A stretch of DNA of 64,000 bases from positions 124,001 through 188,000 of the forward strand of contig JAQGDQ010000093.1 in the NCBI GenBank assembly GCA_030141605.1, in the 5' to 3' direction. The notes under the pieces were generated by a model. The model was not told the origin of the DNA and made no database searches. It saw nothing but the letters and a program-made list of their open reading frames with translations. A program made the position numbers and the translations under genes. This document shows, piece after piece, positions 27,301 to 35,600 of the stretch (the stretch's first letter is position 1; every line of letters starts with the position of its first letter). This stretch comes from Tubiluchus corallicola. Taxonomy: Eukaryota; Animalia; Priapulida.

Positions 27301-28732
27301 CTGCTTTCGAGCTAAAAGGTCAAATACAGCATACTTGACGAAGTTTCGATTTTACACAAAAACAGCAAGAAATTGCACTAAGTAAGATTTTCTGACAGTT
27401 TTAACTTTTTCTGGGTGATTTATATAAGAGGAAATCGGATGTAAAGGTGCCATTTTCGAAGAATCTGGAATTTCATTTCACATATTTTACTCGCTAGATA
27501 ACACCAGCAAAATACACCGTGTTCCAGTTATATGGCATTTGGATTTTGCTTTGTGGAAAAATGCAACTTTGAGGGCCAATTTCAATAACCATGAAATTTA
27601 ATAAAATTAGTGTGAAATTTTAATTTAAGGTTAGCTCTTTTAGTTAAAGAAAACTTGTCTTTACGTTAAATTTTATCTTAAAATAAATGAAGTTTTAAAA
27701 GAATTTGTTGCGAGCAATGTACAAAAGAAGTGACAGGAAACTAACGCTTCCCCCTATAGAGAAGAAAAGAATACACAAAAGCCAACAGCACCATGAAACT
27801 GAGCATTTAATTTGGAGCAAAGACATTCAGACTAGTATGTTTTCTTGCCAAGTAAGCTCGCTAGGTAACTCGCAAGTGTGTTCAGACTAGAGAGTAAAAC
27901 TTGCTCTGACTTACTCTCCACGAAGTGTAGAGAGTAACTTGGCAATACTTCCAATATGGTAACTAGCATCACACAAAACAGTAATCCTGCATCTAGGTTT
28001 GAGTGTTTGTGTGATGGTAACATTGTACGCATGCGCATGCCAAAACTGCTAACCAAAATCTAAGATTTGTTGTTCAATTGTAACATATTGACATGCAGTT
28101 TACGCTGGCCAACTTTTTTAAAATGTTTGCACCATTGCCAAAAGCATATGGAAAATTTTAACAGTACAGTGTTCCCTCACTTATCGCGGGTGTTCCATTC
28201 CAGGCCCACCCGCGATAAGTGAATTTCCGCGAAGTAGAGACGCGATACTTCGCGGAGCATCTCAAGCGGGCGGAAGTACTACATTTCGTTTTTGGTGTGT
28301 ATTCATCCGCTGAATAAATACACTATTTACTGTAAATGGTAATTTTTTATGATTCATAGTATTCTTTTAATGTTAGAATTAACATTTTTAATATATTTTT
28401 ATACATTTTGTGATTTTTTATGCAAAATTCATCAAATCTACACATTACTGTACAATACGTACTACGCATGTACAAAATACTTTAGACGGAGTACCGAAAA
28501 AACCGTGAAACAGCGAAAATACCGCGATAAATATTTTACATTAATATTTTTGAAAACGAAACGTTCGATATACGAACCGCGGAGTAGCGAAGGAACAACG
28601 TAAATGGAAAATGTTTCATTTTCTAACAGCTCGTAGTGTGTGCGTACCTTTTTTATTTTTCACCGAGCGGAAAAATGGTTCTGCACCATCACCTCTGGCA
28701 TCCTCTAAGATTCTCTTCTTCAGGTTTGACAT
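210..28732 (-). CDS. FANCD2: Fanconi anemia group D2 protein, N-terminal ~647 aa in 17 coding exons; gene continues beyond the left edge
   Basis: Hand-spliced GT-AG chain with consistent phases: 28732-28648, 27311-27177, 25947-25827, 24595-24484, 24258-24203, 23657-23570, 22396-22269, 20597-20498, 19920-19819, 16605-16399, 15889-15749, 6986-6852, 5127-4996, 3965-3808, 2580-2521, 1556-1475, 308-210. Peptides such as MPRLILSQFRWLD, LPEIIDDSQHADV, FDTYCQQEIIGSLVTHIGSG, LLDYVDNL and DLHIILRKQL match human FANCD2 as recalled, in colinear order. Confidence 0.95.
822..946 (-). mobile_element. tRNA-derived SINE 5' part
   Basis: Box A-like TAGTCTAGTGG, box B-like GAGTTCAGTTC, then ATACCAAAGATTTTAAAAATGGTACC (resembles the Meta-domain SINE core); similar heads at 17722-17810 and 28950-29070. 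Confidence 0.6.
1475..1556 (-). CDS. FANCD2: FANCD2 coding exon 16
   Basis: GKAKSGSNNTSQMSAQQLKTVSSLLDQ; phase 2 to 0. Confidence 0.85.
2521..2580 (-). CDS. FANCD2: FANCD2 coding exon 15
   Basis: YKRMGVIGAIMVIKSLAYD. Confidence 0.9.
3808..3965 (-). CDS. FANCD2: FANCD2 coding exon 14 (contains the IILRKQL motif equivalent to the monoubiquitinated K561 region)
   Basis: SLLDYVDNLTIVQIKKLYTVLSILAF...NDLHIILRKQLFNNEL. Confidence 0.94.
4335..4885 (+). mobile_element. MITE family A, 3'-truncated
   Basis: Colinear similarity to 59316-59955. Confidence 0.8.
4996..5127 (-). CDS. FANCD2: FANCD2 coding exon 13
   Basis: EIIGSLVTHIGSGSFTEIDSSLDLLCDL...PVFIA. Confidence 0.93.
5217..5896. mobile_element. 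Tigger/pogo-like MITE
   Basis: TA-CAATAAGTCCTCACTTAATGACG ... CGTTTAGTGAGGCTTACTG-TA; related fragments at ~12870-13030 and ~16710-16840. Confidence 0.68.
6110..6720 (-). repeat. Interspersed repeat family B (~600 bp), unclassified
   Basis: Reverse complement of 36600-37200 and 41478-42035. Confidence 0.8.
6852..6986 (-). CDS. FANCD2: FANCD2 coding exon 12
   Basis: VAREYFSSILTLAVALFRSTEPMVSHFAYSMYKQAFLCFDTYCQQ. Confidence 0.93.
7674..8222 (+). mobile_element. MITE family A, internally deleted
   Basis: Both termini present; ATAT TSD. Confidence 0.85.
9954..10389. mobile_element. Probable MITE (Harbinger-like termini) with internal GTGTGAACGACTTGGCAAGTTCT tandem repeats
   Basis: Imperfect TIR CGGTGAGTTCAGACTAGAAAGTT / AACTCTCTAGGCTAAACGCGCCG; ~8 internal repeat units; related motifs at 1-95, 23020-23130, 27830-27950, 48865-49020. 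Confidence 0.6.
11221..12192 (+). CDS. Intronless orphan rhodopsin-family (class A) GPCR, 323 aa, nested antisense in FANCD2 intron 6987-15748
   Basis: First ATG at 11221 (the ORF track start at 11137 is TTG). N-terminal N-glycosylation sequons NGT/NSS, seven hydrophobic segments, TM3 Cys, ERYVAVVHP, ECL2 Cys, FLPF in TM5, LNPIMY in TM7. Confidence 0.92.
   Translation: MTGENGTENVDVNSSKENMDLNSSIFQPLEYPKTISTVMTIIGVALCTAAIVSNLAIIVAMVKYGRRKDVGNNIATLLAVTNLLVGINEIIWEATHHTKVWLGVCVGRIIYQTLTMMSFVVMCGLAAERYVAVVHPIWHRNSLNMQKVLASAVIMGIYSTCACVPTVVELSLGQKCVYPYHKVYGKVMYLGMIFLPFALVTLAYVRIAKRLSKRLNRHDAGTGESAKVTRAVGKILVVFFCMWVVALVFYYVSWNCRHCVGDWLIWLAANILYINTLLNPIMYVNSSEANKKAMKRLMRKVKRTNQVTSRDAGQSYSVSVFKI
12410..12800 (+). 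repeat. Interspersed repeat family C (other copies ~21345-21930, 37420-37730, 38900-39185, 50328-50720; inverted ~8250-8650)
   Basis: Shared AAAATTCGTCTTGAAATTTT...ATTGCCTTATTGC..CAGAGCTTG...GCAGCCATTTT...AATAATCAGAGCATTTG core. Confidence 0.72.
13525..13745 (-). pseudogene. Decayed C2H2 (Kruppel-type) zinc-finger array fragment
   Basis: Minus strand reads LKSHVRTHT*EKPFK, NHLKTHTNEKPLKCCLCDMSF and LRAHVRTHTGEKPF, with an in-frame TGA and frameshifts. Confidence 0.8.
15749..15889 (-). CDS. FANCD2: FANCD2 coding exon 11
   Basis: VIDIFVLLVLHDTMMRQKPVERLFRNKIRHGLFTDALLTTFFNAHSH. Confidence 0.92.
16399..16605 (-). CDS. FANCD2: FANCD2 coding exon 10
   Basis: VVTELRHQLEF...MDAIKSAAHFLKGVAATWFKVIENVKSAKEHK. 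Confidence 0.92.
16940..17192. mobile_element. Foldback (~110-bp arms), probable Penelope-like pLTR remnant with hammerhead core
   Basis: Imperfect inverted repeat centred at ~17060; CTGATGA-T-GACAG-loop-CTGTC-GAAA at 17105-17133. Confidence 0.6.
17880..18426. mobile_element. hAT-like MITE, same family as 57810-58273
   Basis: TIR CAGTGGCAGCTC / GAGCCGCCATTG; internal similarity to the other copy. Confidence 0.75.
18867..19840. repeat. Tandem duplication, 2 x ~486 bp
   Basis: 18867-19354 vs 19357-19840 differ by a handful of substitutions and one 4-bp indel. Confidence 0.95.
19819..19920 (-). CDS. FANCD2: FANCD2 coding exon 9
   Basis: VMAAMVYVSQSNLAVVTKFVLQSVAQEKPDTAVA; GTAAGT donor. Confidence 0.88.
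19949..20370. repeat. Minisatellite, ~33-bp unit, ~13 copies
   Basis: AAAAACTCCCGGAGGYTGAATTACCTTTAAACT head-to-tail, no spacers. Confidence 0.95.
20498..20597 (-). CDS. FANCD2: FANCD2 coding exon 8
   Basis: DLLQWDNELTVAILDSLSNLQLSPEMLNEVRNK; GTTAGT donor. Confidence 0.92.
21020..21233 (+). mobile_element. MITE family A, short deletion derivative
   Basis: Both TIRs retained with ~430 bp of internal sequence missing. Confidence 0.82.
22269..22396 (-). CDS. FANCD2: FANCD2 coding exon 7
   Basis: DLCSSMLEMF...EIVSCLPEIIDDSQHADVAQKL; GTATGT donor. Confidence 0.92.
23570..23657 (-). CDS. FANCD2: FANCD2 coding exon 6
   Basis: NLVRSETVVDMPRLILSQFRWLDYIVDTK; CAG/GTGAGT borders. Confidence 0.92.
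24203..24258 (-). CDS. FANCD2: FANCD2 coding exon 5
   Basis: VKLSKILLAKLVLFDSGA; CAG/GTAAGT borders; bridges phase 0 to 2. Confidence 0.8.
24484..24595 (-). CDS. FANCD2: FANCD2 coding exon 4
   Basis: FYKCLMPT...DSVVRLLLGVELLQ; CAG/GTAAAG borders. Confidence 0.9.
25827..25947 (-). CDS. FANCD2: FANCD2 coding exon 3
   Basis: VDQVLFQRSLASALQKEADCAAAVTEFMAGLENYFED; CAG/GTTTGT borders. Confidence 0.9.
27177..27311 (-). CDS. FANCD2: FANCD2 coding exon 2
   Basis: TAG acceptor, GTGAGT donor; ...GSKFFHLLNDSSLSLSEDDKPNVL. Confidence 0.85.
28167..28600. mobile_element. Tigger/pogo-like MITE
   Basis: TA-CAGTGTTCCCTCACTTATCGCGG ... CCGCGGAGTAGCGAAGGAACAACG-TA; imperfect TIRs and TA TSD. Confidence 0.72.
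28648..28732 (-). CDS. FANCD2: FANCD2 coding exon 1 (MSNLKKRILEDARGDGAEPFFRSVKNKK)
   Basis: ATG at 28732, donor G|GTACGC; phase 1 matches next exon; basic N-terminus like FANCD2. Confidence 0.75.
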
Positions 28733-28944
28733 TTTGTCAGCTGCTTATGGAAAATTAGTAGAGCTCAGTCATAGCATTTCCTTCAAAGCTAAAAAAACAC
28801 GAGAAATCAACATCAAAATAGTGTCGACTATGATTTTTATGGGTTACACAAAATCGACTAAATTATGTTTTGTAATTCCTAAAATTCATACATGTTAATG
28901 TTTGTTGTTGCTATGCCAAATCAGGAAAATCTTGCTGTTGGGTT

Positions 28945-29290
28945 GGCCAGTGCATAGCTCAATGGCAGCATGTGTGCTTTCCACTTTTGAAATTGTGTGT
29001 TCAGTTCCTAACCAAGTCATACCACAGACTTAGAAAATGATGCTGCTAATTCTCCGACCAAGCACGTAAGTTCATCGAGGTAACATGTGGGTACTAATAT
29101 AAACGGGACCAACCACTTTAGATATAAGTATTGTATCGATTCTGACAGTGACGACAGGGCCATGATGCTGGATGGGTCATGCCACCAAGGAGTGAGATTG
29201 GTTGCTCTCTTATTCATTTCTTTCTGTTGTAGAAAGCTGAACAAGTGGCTTCATGCTCAAAACTGAGTATTCCAATCGCAACCAAGTAAG
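28945..29290 (+). mobile_element. tRNA-derived SINE
   Basis: TAGCTCAATGG box A, GTGTTCAGTTCC box B, GTCATACCACAGACTTAGAAAATG core; 3' part repeated at 31157-31290. Confidence 0.62.
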
Positions 29291-30689
29291 CAAGTTGTAT
29301 TTTCAGTGTTATCGGATTTATATCCATAATCCATATGTCTGGACCACAAGACTTAAACAAAATCTTACAAAATCGTTATTAAGATTGTAGGCCTGATTTA
29401 CATTATTACTGTATAGCTAAAATTGCCTGATATTTTATGACTATTGTGGTATTATAATGTACAACGGTATTTGATTATATACATGTTTTCAATGATACTA
29501 TTTTCAATGTTGTTCAGAACTCGCTCGAAACTGTCAGTTATGATGTGTTAATCATGAGTAATCATTTGGGGATGCACTGATGTTTTGCTAATGACGTTAA
29601 ATGATGAGTATTTATCTATGGATGAATTAATGATTAATGACTTTTGATAATGACTGTATGATACTCAGCCTATGATACCTTAAGTATAATATTTCGATGG
29701 ACATGATATGTCTGGAATGTCATTTTGATTAATAATAGCTTCTGAAGAATGTATTTAAGCCAAACATATTTATCTGTGTGAGTAACCATTTAGGCTTGGC
29801 CACGTAAAAGCCGACTTCATTTCTATAAATATCCAGCATCTCTTGCATGGACGCAAGCTAGAATACAGATGCTTATAGTAATTCGGTGGTGCCACCTATG
29901 TTCTCTAATAGTAATTAAATTGTTAGTAGTTGCTATTAGCGCCACCTATGAATCAAGCAAACAGTTAAGGAAATTCTTTTAAGGTACTACCACCGTCAGT
30001 GACACAGATCAATTAAAGTTAACAGTGATGATAGTACTTCCTTTCATAAGAATGAAGGAGTGTAAGAGCACTCCCCTCTGTCACATTGGTTACATCCTAC
30101 TTGTGACGTAGGCATTACTACTTAAACAGTTAGCCTCCGCCCAATCTGGGCTTCCCTGTTGTAAGCCAGCTGTAATATTACCACCTTTAGCTGATGAGTC
30201 TGTTGCTAAATACTTTATTTTGCCTAAATCAGTGCAGTTTTGATGTTTTCTGTTAGTGACTTTACCTGAAGGTTTATGCTTTGCCAAAACAATCTAAGGT
30301 AAGTAAGGTATTATTAGCCTGCTGTTATTTAAATCAAATGGAAAGTTAAAATATTATTATTGAGCGTCACGTATTTGAATTTTTACCTATTATTAACAAA
30401 TAAAGTCAGCATTTATTAACACAGACTTTAAAACAAATTCAATTCGTACGAAATTCCACTTCTAGTCAAAACACGTGTGCGCCTGTGCGGTGCGCTGGTG
30501 ACGCAAATCTCCCGCCAATCGTTTATTTACCCTGCCGAAAAACAATAAAAAAATTATTATCAAAGTAGCTCTAGTTGGTTAGTCCTCAAAGTCTTAGAGA
30601 AACAATATTATTTGTTGATCAAATCTGCGACCGCGTCTTTAAACAGCTAAAAAAGAAAATTTAAAATATTTTTTGCTTGGTAACTAGCT

Positions 30690-30990
30690 GAGCCCGACTC
30701 ACTATTTTCTCGCCATGTCTGCAGGAATACGTTAGGAGAAAAGTAAGTTTTTCTCCTCTTGCGTCTTATTTGGAAACTGAACTAACTAGCAGTATTAGTA
30801 CTTTCTTCGGTTTGCCAAAAATTAAATGAGTAAATGCTCAACGCAAGACATTAAAGCAAACAGACGAGTGAATGTGTTTCGAACGTACGCACGTAGGCAT
30901 TGAAATTTTGTGTGTTCAAATCCCTGTTGTTACTATTTTTAAATCTCCTATTGTGTGACGACTTTTCTATATTTTTTTCATTGTCAGGCA
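30690..30990. promoter_or_regulatory. Putative bidirectional promoter / 5'UTR region shared by FANCD2 and GTF3C1
   Basis: Minus-strand GTGAGT donor at 30702-30697, plus-strand acceptor at ~30987, locally CpG-richer sequence between the two divergent genes; TSSs not visible from sequence. Confidence 0.6.
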
Positions 30991-31006
30991 TCAAACGAGG
31001 ATCATA

Positions 31007-31061
31007 ATGGCTGATTTTCTGGAAATGTGCATCGACGAGATCGCACTGGAAGGCCTTGATG
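31007..31061 (+). CDS. GTF3C1: GTF3C1 coding exon 1
   Basis: MADFLEMCIDEIALEGLD; GTAAGA donor; upstream acceptor TTGTCAG at ~30987 suggests a 5'UTR exon. Confidence 0.93.
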
Positions 31062-32556
31062 GTAAGACAAAAATGCGATCAATCAATCATGTTATTCTAT
31101 AAATTAAATGTTCGATACATCTAGTTTAGTTAAAAATGACTAGGATTGCACCCACTTCTGACAGTGACGCCAGTGACACGATGCTGTGTGGGTCGTGCCG
31201 CCCATGGAGTCAGGTTGGTCGCTCTCTTATTCAGTTCTTTCCGTTGTGGAAAGCGGGCAAGTGGCTTCAAGCTCAATACAGAGTGTTCCAATGGTGGTGT
31301 TAAACCCCAAACTGGCATCAAGTCCAAAATGAAAAAAGTAGAAGGGAGAAATAATGTGGAAACTTGTCAACACATATCGTCATCATATCATATCCATTCG
31401 GTCCTAGTTGTTAGACATCTCTGCCTGTTGACCGATCATAACTGTCAGCACATTTCTAGGTGGCACAGTCTCAGAGTTGTATCGGCAGTTCAGCCATAAT
31501 GTTGTCTAGTTTGTTTTTAATGAGGTTACGGAGCTTGCGTAGACTACATTCTCAGGGAGGTTGTTCCAATGATCTACTACCCTCAAGCTGAAGAAGTTCT
31601 GTCGTGTAGCAGTGCAACTATACCTTTAATTTGTATTAATGTCTCCTAGTTCTTATCTGATAATATCTTTGCAGGATCTCCGTGTGCATACTATACTTTC
31701 CGTGTGTAAACTTGTATACTTCTATCATATCACAGATCTGTCCGTACCACATACTAAACAACTGTAAAGCCTTTAGACGCTCCTCATAAGGCAGTTCCTT
31801 CATCTGCGGGACCATCCTAGTTGCTCTAAGATGAACTCCTCCACAAGCATTCATGAGGGCCGGTTTTGTAAAGGGCGGACTATTACAATGCAAGGGGGTG
31901 GTAAAAATGAACGGTATTTCGCTTACAGTATATTATTTTTGGGTTACTCACTTGCGAATAACTCTGTAAATCTGTTAATTTCGCCATGTTGTCGTTCCCA
32001 TTCTCATTCATGTGATACAAAAGTTTACCATTTGTTTTGTATAATCAGTGTGTACTAAATTTTCGTCAAAATATGGATTTGTGCCAATTGTAAATGCATA
32101 TCTATAATTTGTTAACGGCTAGCTTTTTGCCATCAATTCAGCCAAGTTTTATGTTTTCATCACCGTGCCCTGGAGCGTGGCCACTAGGCATTCGTTTTTT
32201 GAAAAGTTTATTTCTGTTTGAGATATTACCGATTCTTTCAGTGTTATTTCAGTAAGAAAAATTCTTTACAGAAAAATATTGAATTAAGCAGTTTGCTGTT
32301 TTGTTTACAATTCTGTATATACAAATAAACATATTTATACAAAAAAAATTCTTTCAGCCGATGACATCGAAATACTGCGTTCTAATTACCCACAGATGTT
32401 TTTAATAGTTTAGTAATGATTGACAATGACTAGACCGAGAGAGGGCAAGAGAAGAGAGCAAAGAGAAAGAGAGAGAGAGGTAAGAGAAGACAGAATGATA
32501 GAGAGAGGGAGGGAGGGAGGAAAGAATAGAGAGGGGGAAGAAAGAAACAGAGAAAG

Positions 32557-32620
<64 letters not shown>

Positions 32621-35600
32621 AGAGAGGGGGGAGGAGAGAGAATTACAGGAATAGAGAAGAAAAGTTGTATCTTAACTAAAATGAGACTTCAAGTGTAGCT
32701 ACTGGCAATTTGAGTCAAAGCAATCAAACCTCACCAAGTTTTGCTGGTCATTTTAAAAGGCTGTAAAAAACAAATAAGTGAGTAATCCGATGTTTTACAT
32801 TCCTGACTAGTTATCTATGAAATTAAATTGTTGTAGGGATAACGATCGACACACTTTGGCAGCGTTTAGAGAATCGTCAAGACTTTCCTCTGCCATTAGA
32901 TGCAGATTCCAAGCCGTTTATCTGGAGGTGGATCAGTTTGAGCACTGATTTGGAGTTTTTCACGCTTCCAGAGCCAAGGCCACCGCTAGTCATTTTTAAT
33001 AGATTCGAAAGCATGTGTCATGAAACAGGAATAATATACGACACGGTTTGTTTTCACAGTAGACTTAGTCATCAAATTTTTCCTGTAGAAGTCATCCCAT
33101 AGATGTCACTGTAGTGCATATAATTACAAATGTGGTATTTGTGTGCTTGCAAACCAAAACCGTTCATAAGTTGGCATAGCCATGTTACGATGCCTCAAAG
33201 TGGAATTCACCAAATATTTGGCCAAATGTCAATTTTTTGTTGTTTTTTTTTGTATAAAAAAACAAATGCTAAAGGAACTGGACTTTTGTATTCTAGCATC
33301 AAATTATCAAAAAAAATGTTCAAAAAATACGGTAGGCGCCGCTAATAGACTCACTTTGGGACCGTAGTGTTTTGACCCAATTAACCAACTGAACCTATTA
33401 ATTGATGGGTGTAGTATTACTGGTACAGAAGTATGTGTCACCAGCTTAGTATGCACTGCAAAGCTTTTTAATAAATTTTAGAAACGAAGCCTAAATTCCT
33501 TTGTGCAGTTAAAAAGTTTTAAAAAAAGTACTTTGGGATATTTTCAACTGCGCAGCTGGACACCTGCCCCATCTTTGGAAGTTTATCGTACTGCACTGAA
33601 ATTTTCAGTTTCTCCTTAACCGTTAGATCTTTACACTTATGCTCCATTTTTCAAACTTTTTAACTCTGTGCTATTGTTTGCTGTGTGATATTTACTCTTG
33701 TAAGTCACAAAGAATACCGGCTGATTACTGTGCCTGCATCACTGACTGCTAACTGATTAAGCCTAGAGGCGTGATTTGCAAAGAGAGCTTCAAATGGAAA
33801 TGGCTAGGCAAGTGATCAAACGTTTAACTTCCAGAAATTCTTGGGTAACGTTCAAAGCAAAACTGCTACGCTAGCTATTAGCACATGATAAACGTACCTG
33901 CTTACAAACAAAACGGTACTTAACATGATTGTTTATTGTTTCTACATATATTATAGTGCACAAAAGCCAAGCAAAGATGACGTAAAAGCCGGAAAGGCTC
34001 TTTGGGTACATACAAATGTCTTATTTTAAGTACACGAAGGAAAAATATCGAGTTAATTATGTGGAGTTATTTGAGTCAATTACCGACAGTTTTTATGTAC
34101 ATTTGAATAGAAGTGGCCCGTACCATGAGTTTTTGAGTCAATTAAATGACTGAGTCTATTAACTGTGAATCTATTTAGTGGCGCCTGCTGTAGTAAAAAC
34201 CAAATTTATAACCCTGTACCCACTTTTCTGGCTAGAAGCTAGTACTGCAATTGTAAAACTCTAACAGTAACTCATGGAAGCTGTCATTTTGCTTGCGGTC
34301 TTTTCTGTTGCCAAGCCCAGATCTTCATCAGGAAGAGCCATCTACTGGATTTAAACATTTGCACAGTCTGTAGCAACCAACATTTGTGCGGTTGCTAAGT
34401 ATTTTGTAGAAAAGTGACAAAAACAATGGATAACTTTAATAACAATTTTCTTAAGATTATGTTTTTCAGTATGTAGCCTGCACCTCAAATTCAACGTGGA
34501 TTATCTTAGCTTAGAAATAACATAGAGCGATGGACTTGGTATCAAAATGATCCTCCTGAAATGGAGATTTCGGATATGTGAATAACAAGAAAAGCTTAAT
34601 TGCTGACTTAGGGACGATTTTGTTATGCAAGCACACATTTATGCTTTTCATTTGCTATTTCACATTATTTGTCAATAGGAGATGATTTACAACGAAAATA
34701 TATCCAGCACTTACATTTATCGTGCTTTTCCTGACTGATTGATATTCGGCATTATTGAAGTATTTTTTCAGTAATTTGTTTGCTTGTCTAATAATGCTGT
34801 TTATTATTTACTCAATTGTACTCTTTAATATATATATAATATCGAAATATAATATCGAGAATATCGAAACATAAGCAAGTATATATATATATATACTTGC
34901 TTATGTTTCGATATTCTCGTTCATTAAGCATTTGTCTTTTTGTTTAAACATTTAGCTTCCTTATTTGTTTGTTAGTTTTTGTTGTTGTTTTTGTTGTTGT
35001 TGTTGTGGTGGTGGTGGTCGTTGTTGTTGTTGCTGCTGTTGTTATTGTTGCTGCTGTTGTTGTTGGTCTTGTTGTTGTTGTTGTTGTTGTTGTTATTTTT
35101 GTTGCTGTTTTTGTCGTTGTTGCTGTTGCTGCTGCTGGTTTTGTTGTTGTCGTTGTTGTCTTTGTTGTGTTGTTGTTACTTGTTGCTTGTGCCTTTCTCT
35201 TTTTCTTAAATGGAATAATTATGACTGAGCAAGGGTTAAAATTATTGGCATTTTCTTTTCCCAATTCTAGGCTGACCCACCTGAAGATGTTTATCCCATA
35301 AAACTGATCAATGACAAAATGTACGGGATCAAGGGATCCTGTGCAAGTTACTTTGACCGAAGCGACGTGACGGAGAAAATTCGAGACCGCAAAAGGATGT
35401 TAATGAATCTGGACCAAACATGTGAGATGTAAGTAGGTATTTACTGTTACTGGACAGAGAAACAAACAGGAAATGTCGTCAATCTGTTGCTATGCCCTAT
35501 GAGATGTAAGTATGTATTTACAGCTACTGGACAGAGAAACAAAGAGGAAATGTCTTCAAGCTGCTACAGACTCGTGCGCTTTCAAACAATAGGCGGTCAT

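Noticed and set aside
28945-29020. Possible tRNA gene
   Set aside because: No cloverleaf pairing; it continues into a SINE core, so it was called a SINE head.
34944-35301. Poly-Thr/Val/Cys/Leu ORFs
   Set aside because: Translations of a (GTT)n microsatellite.
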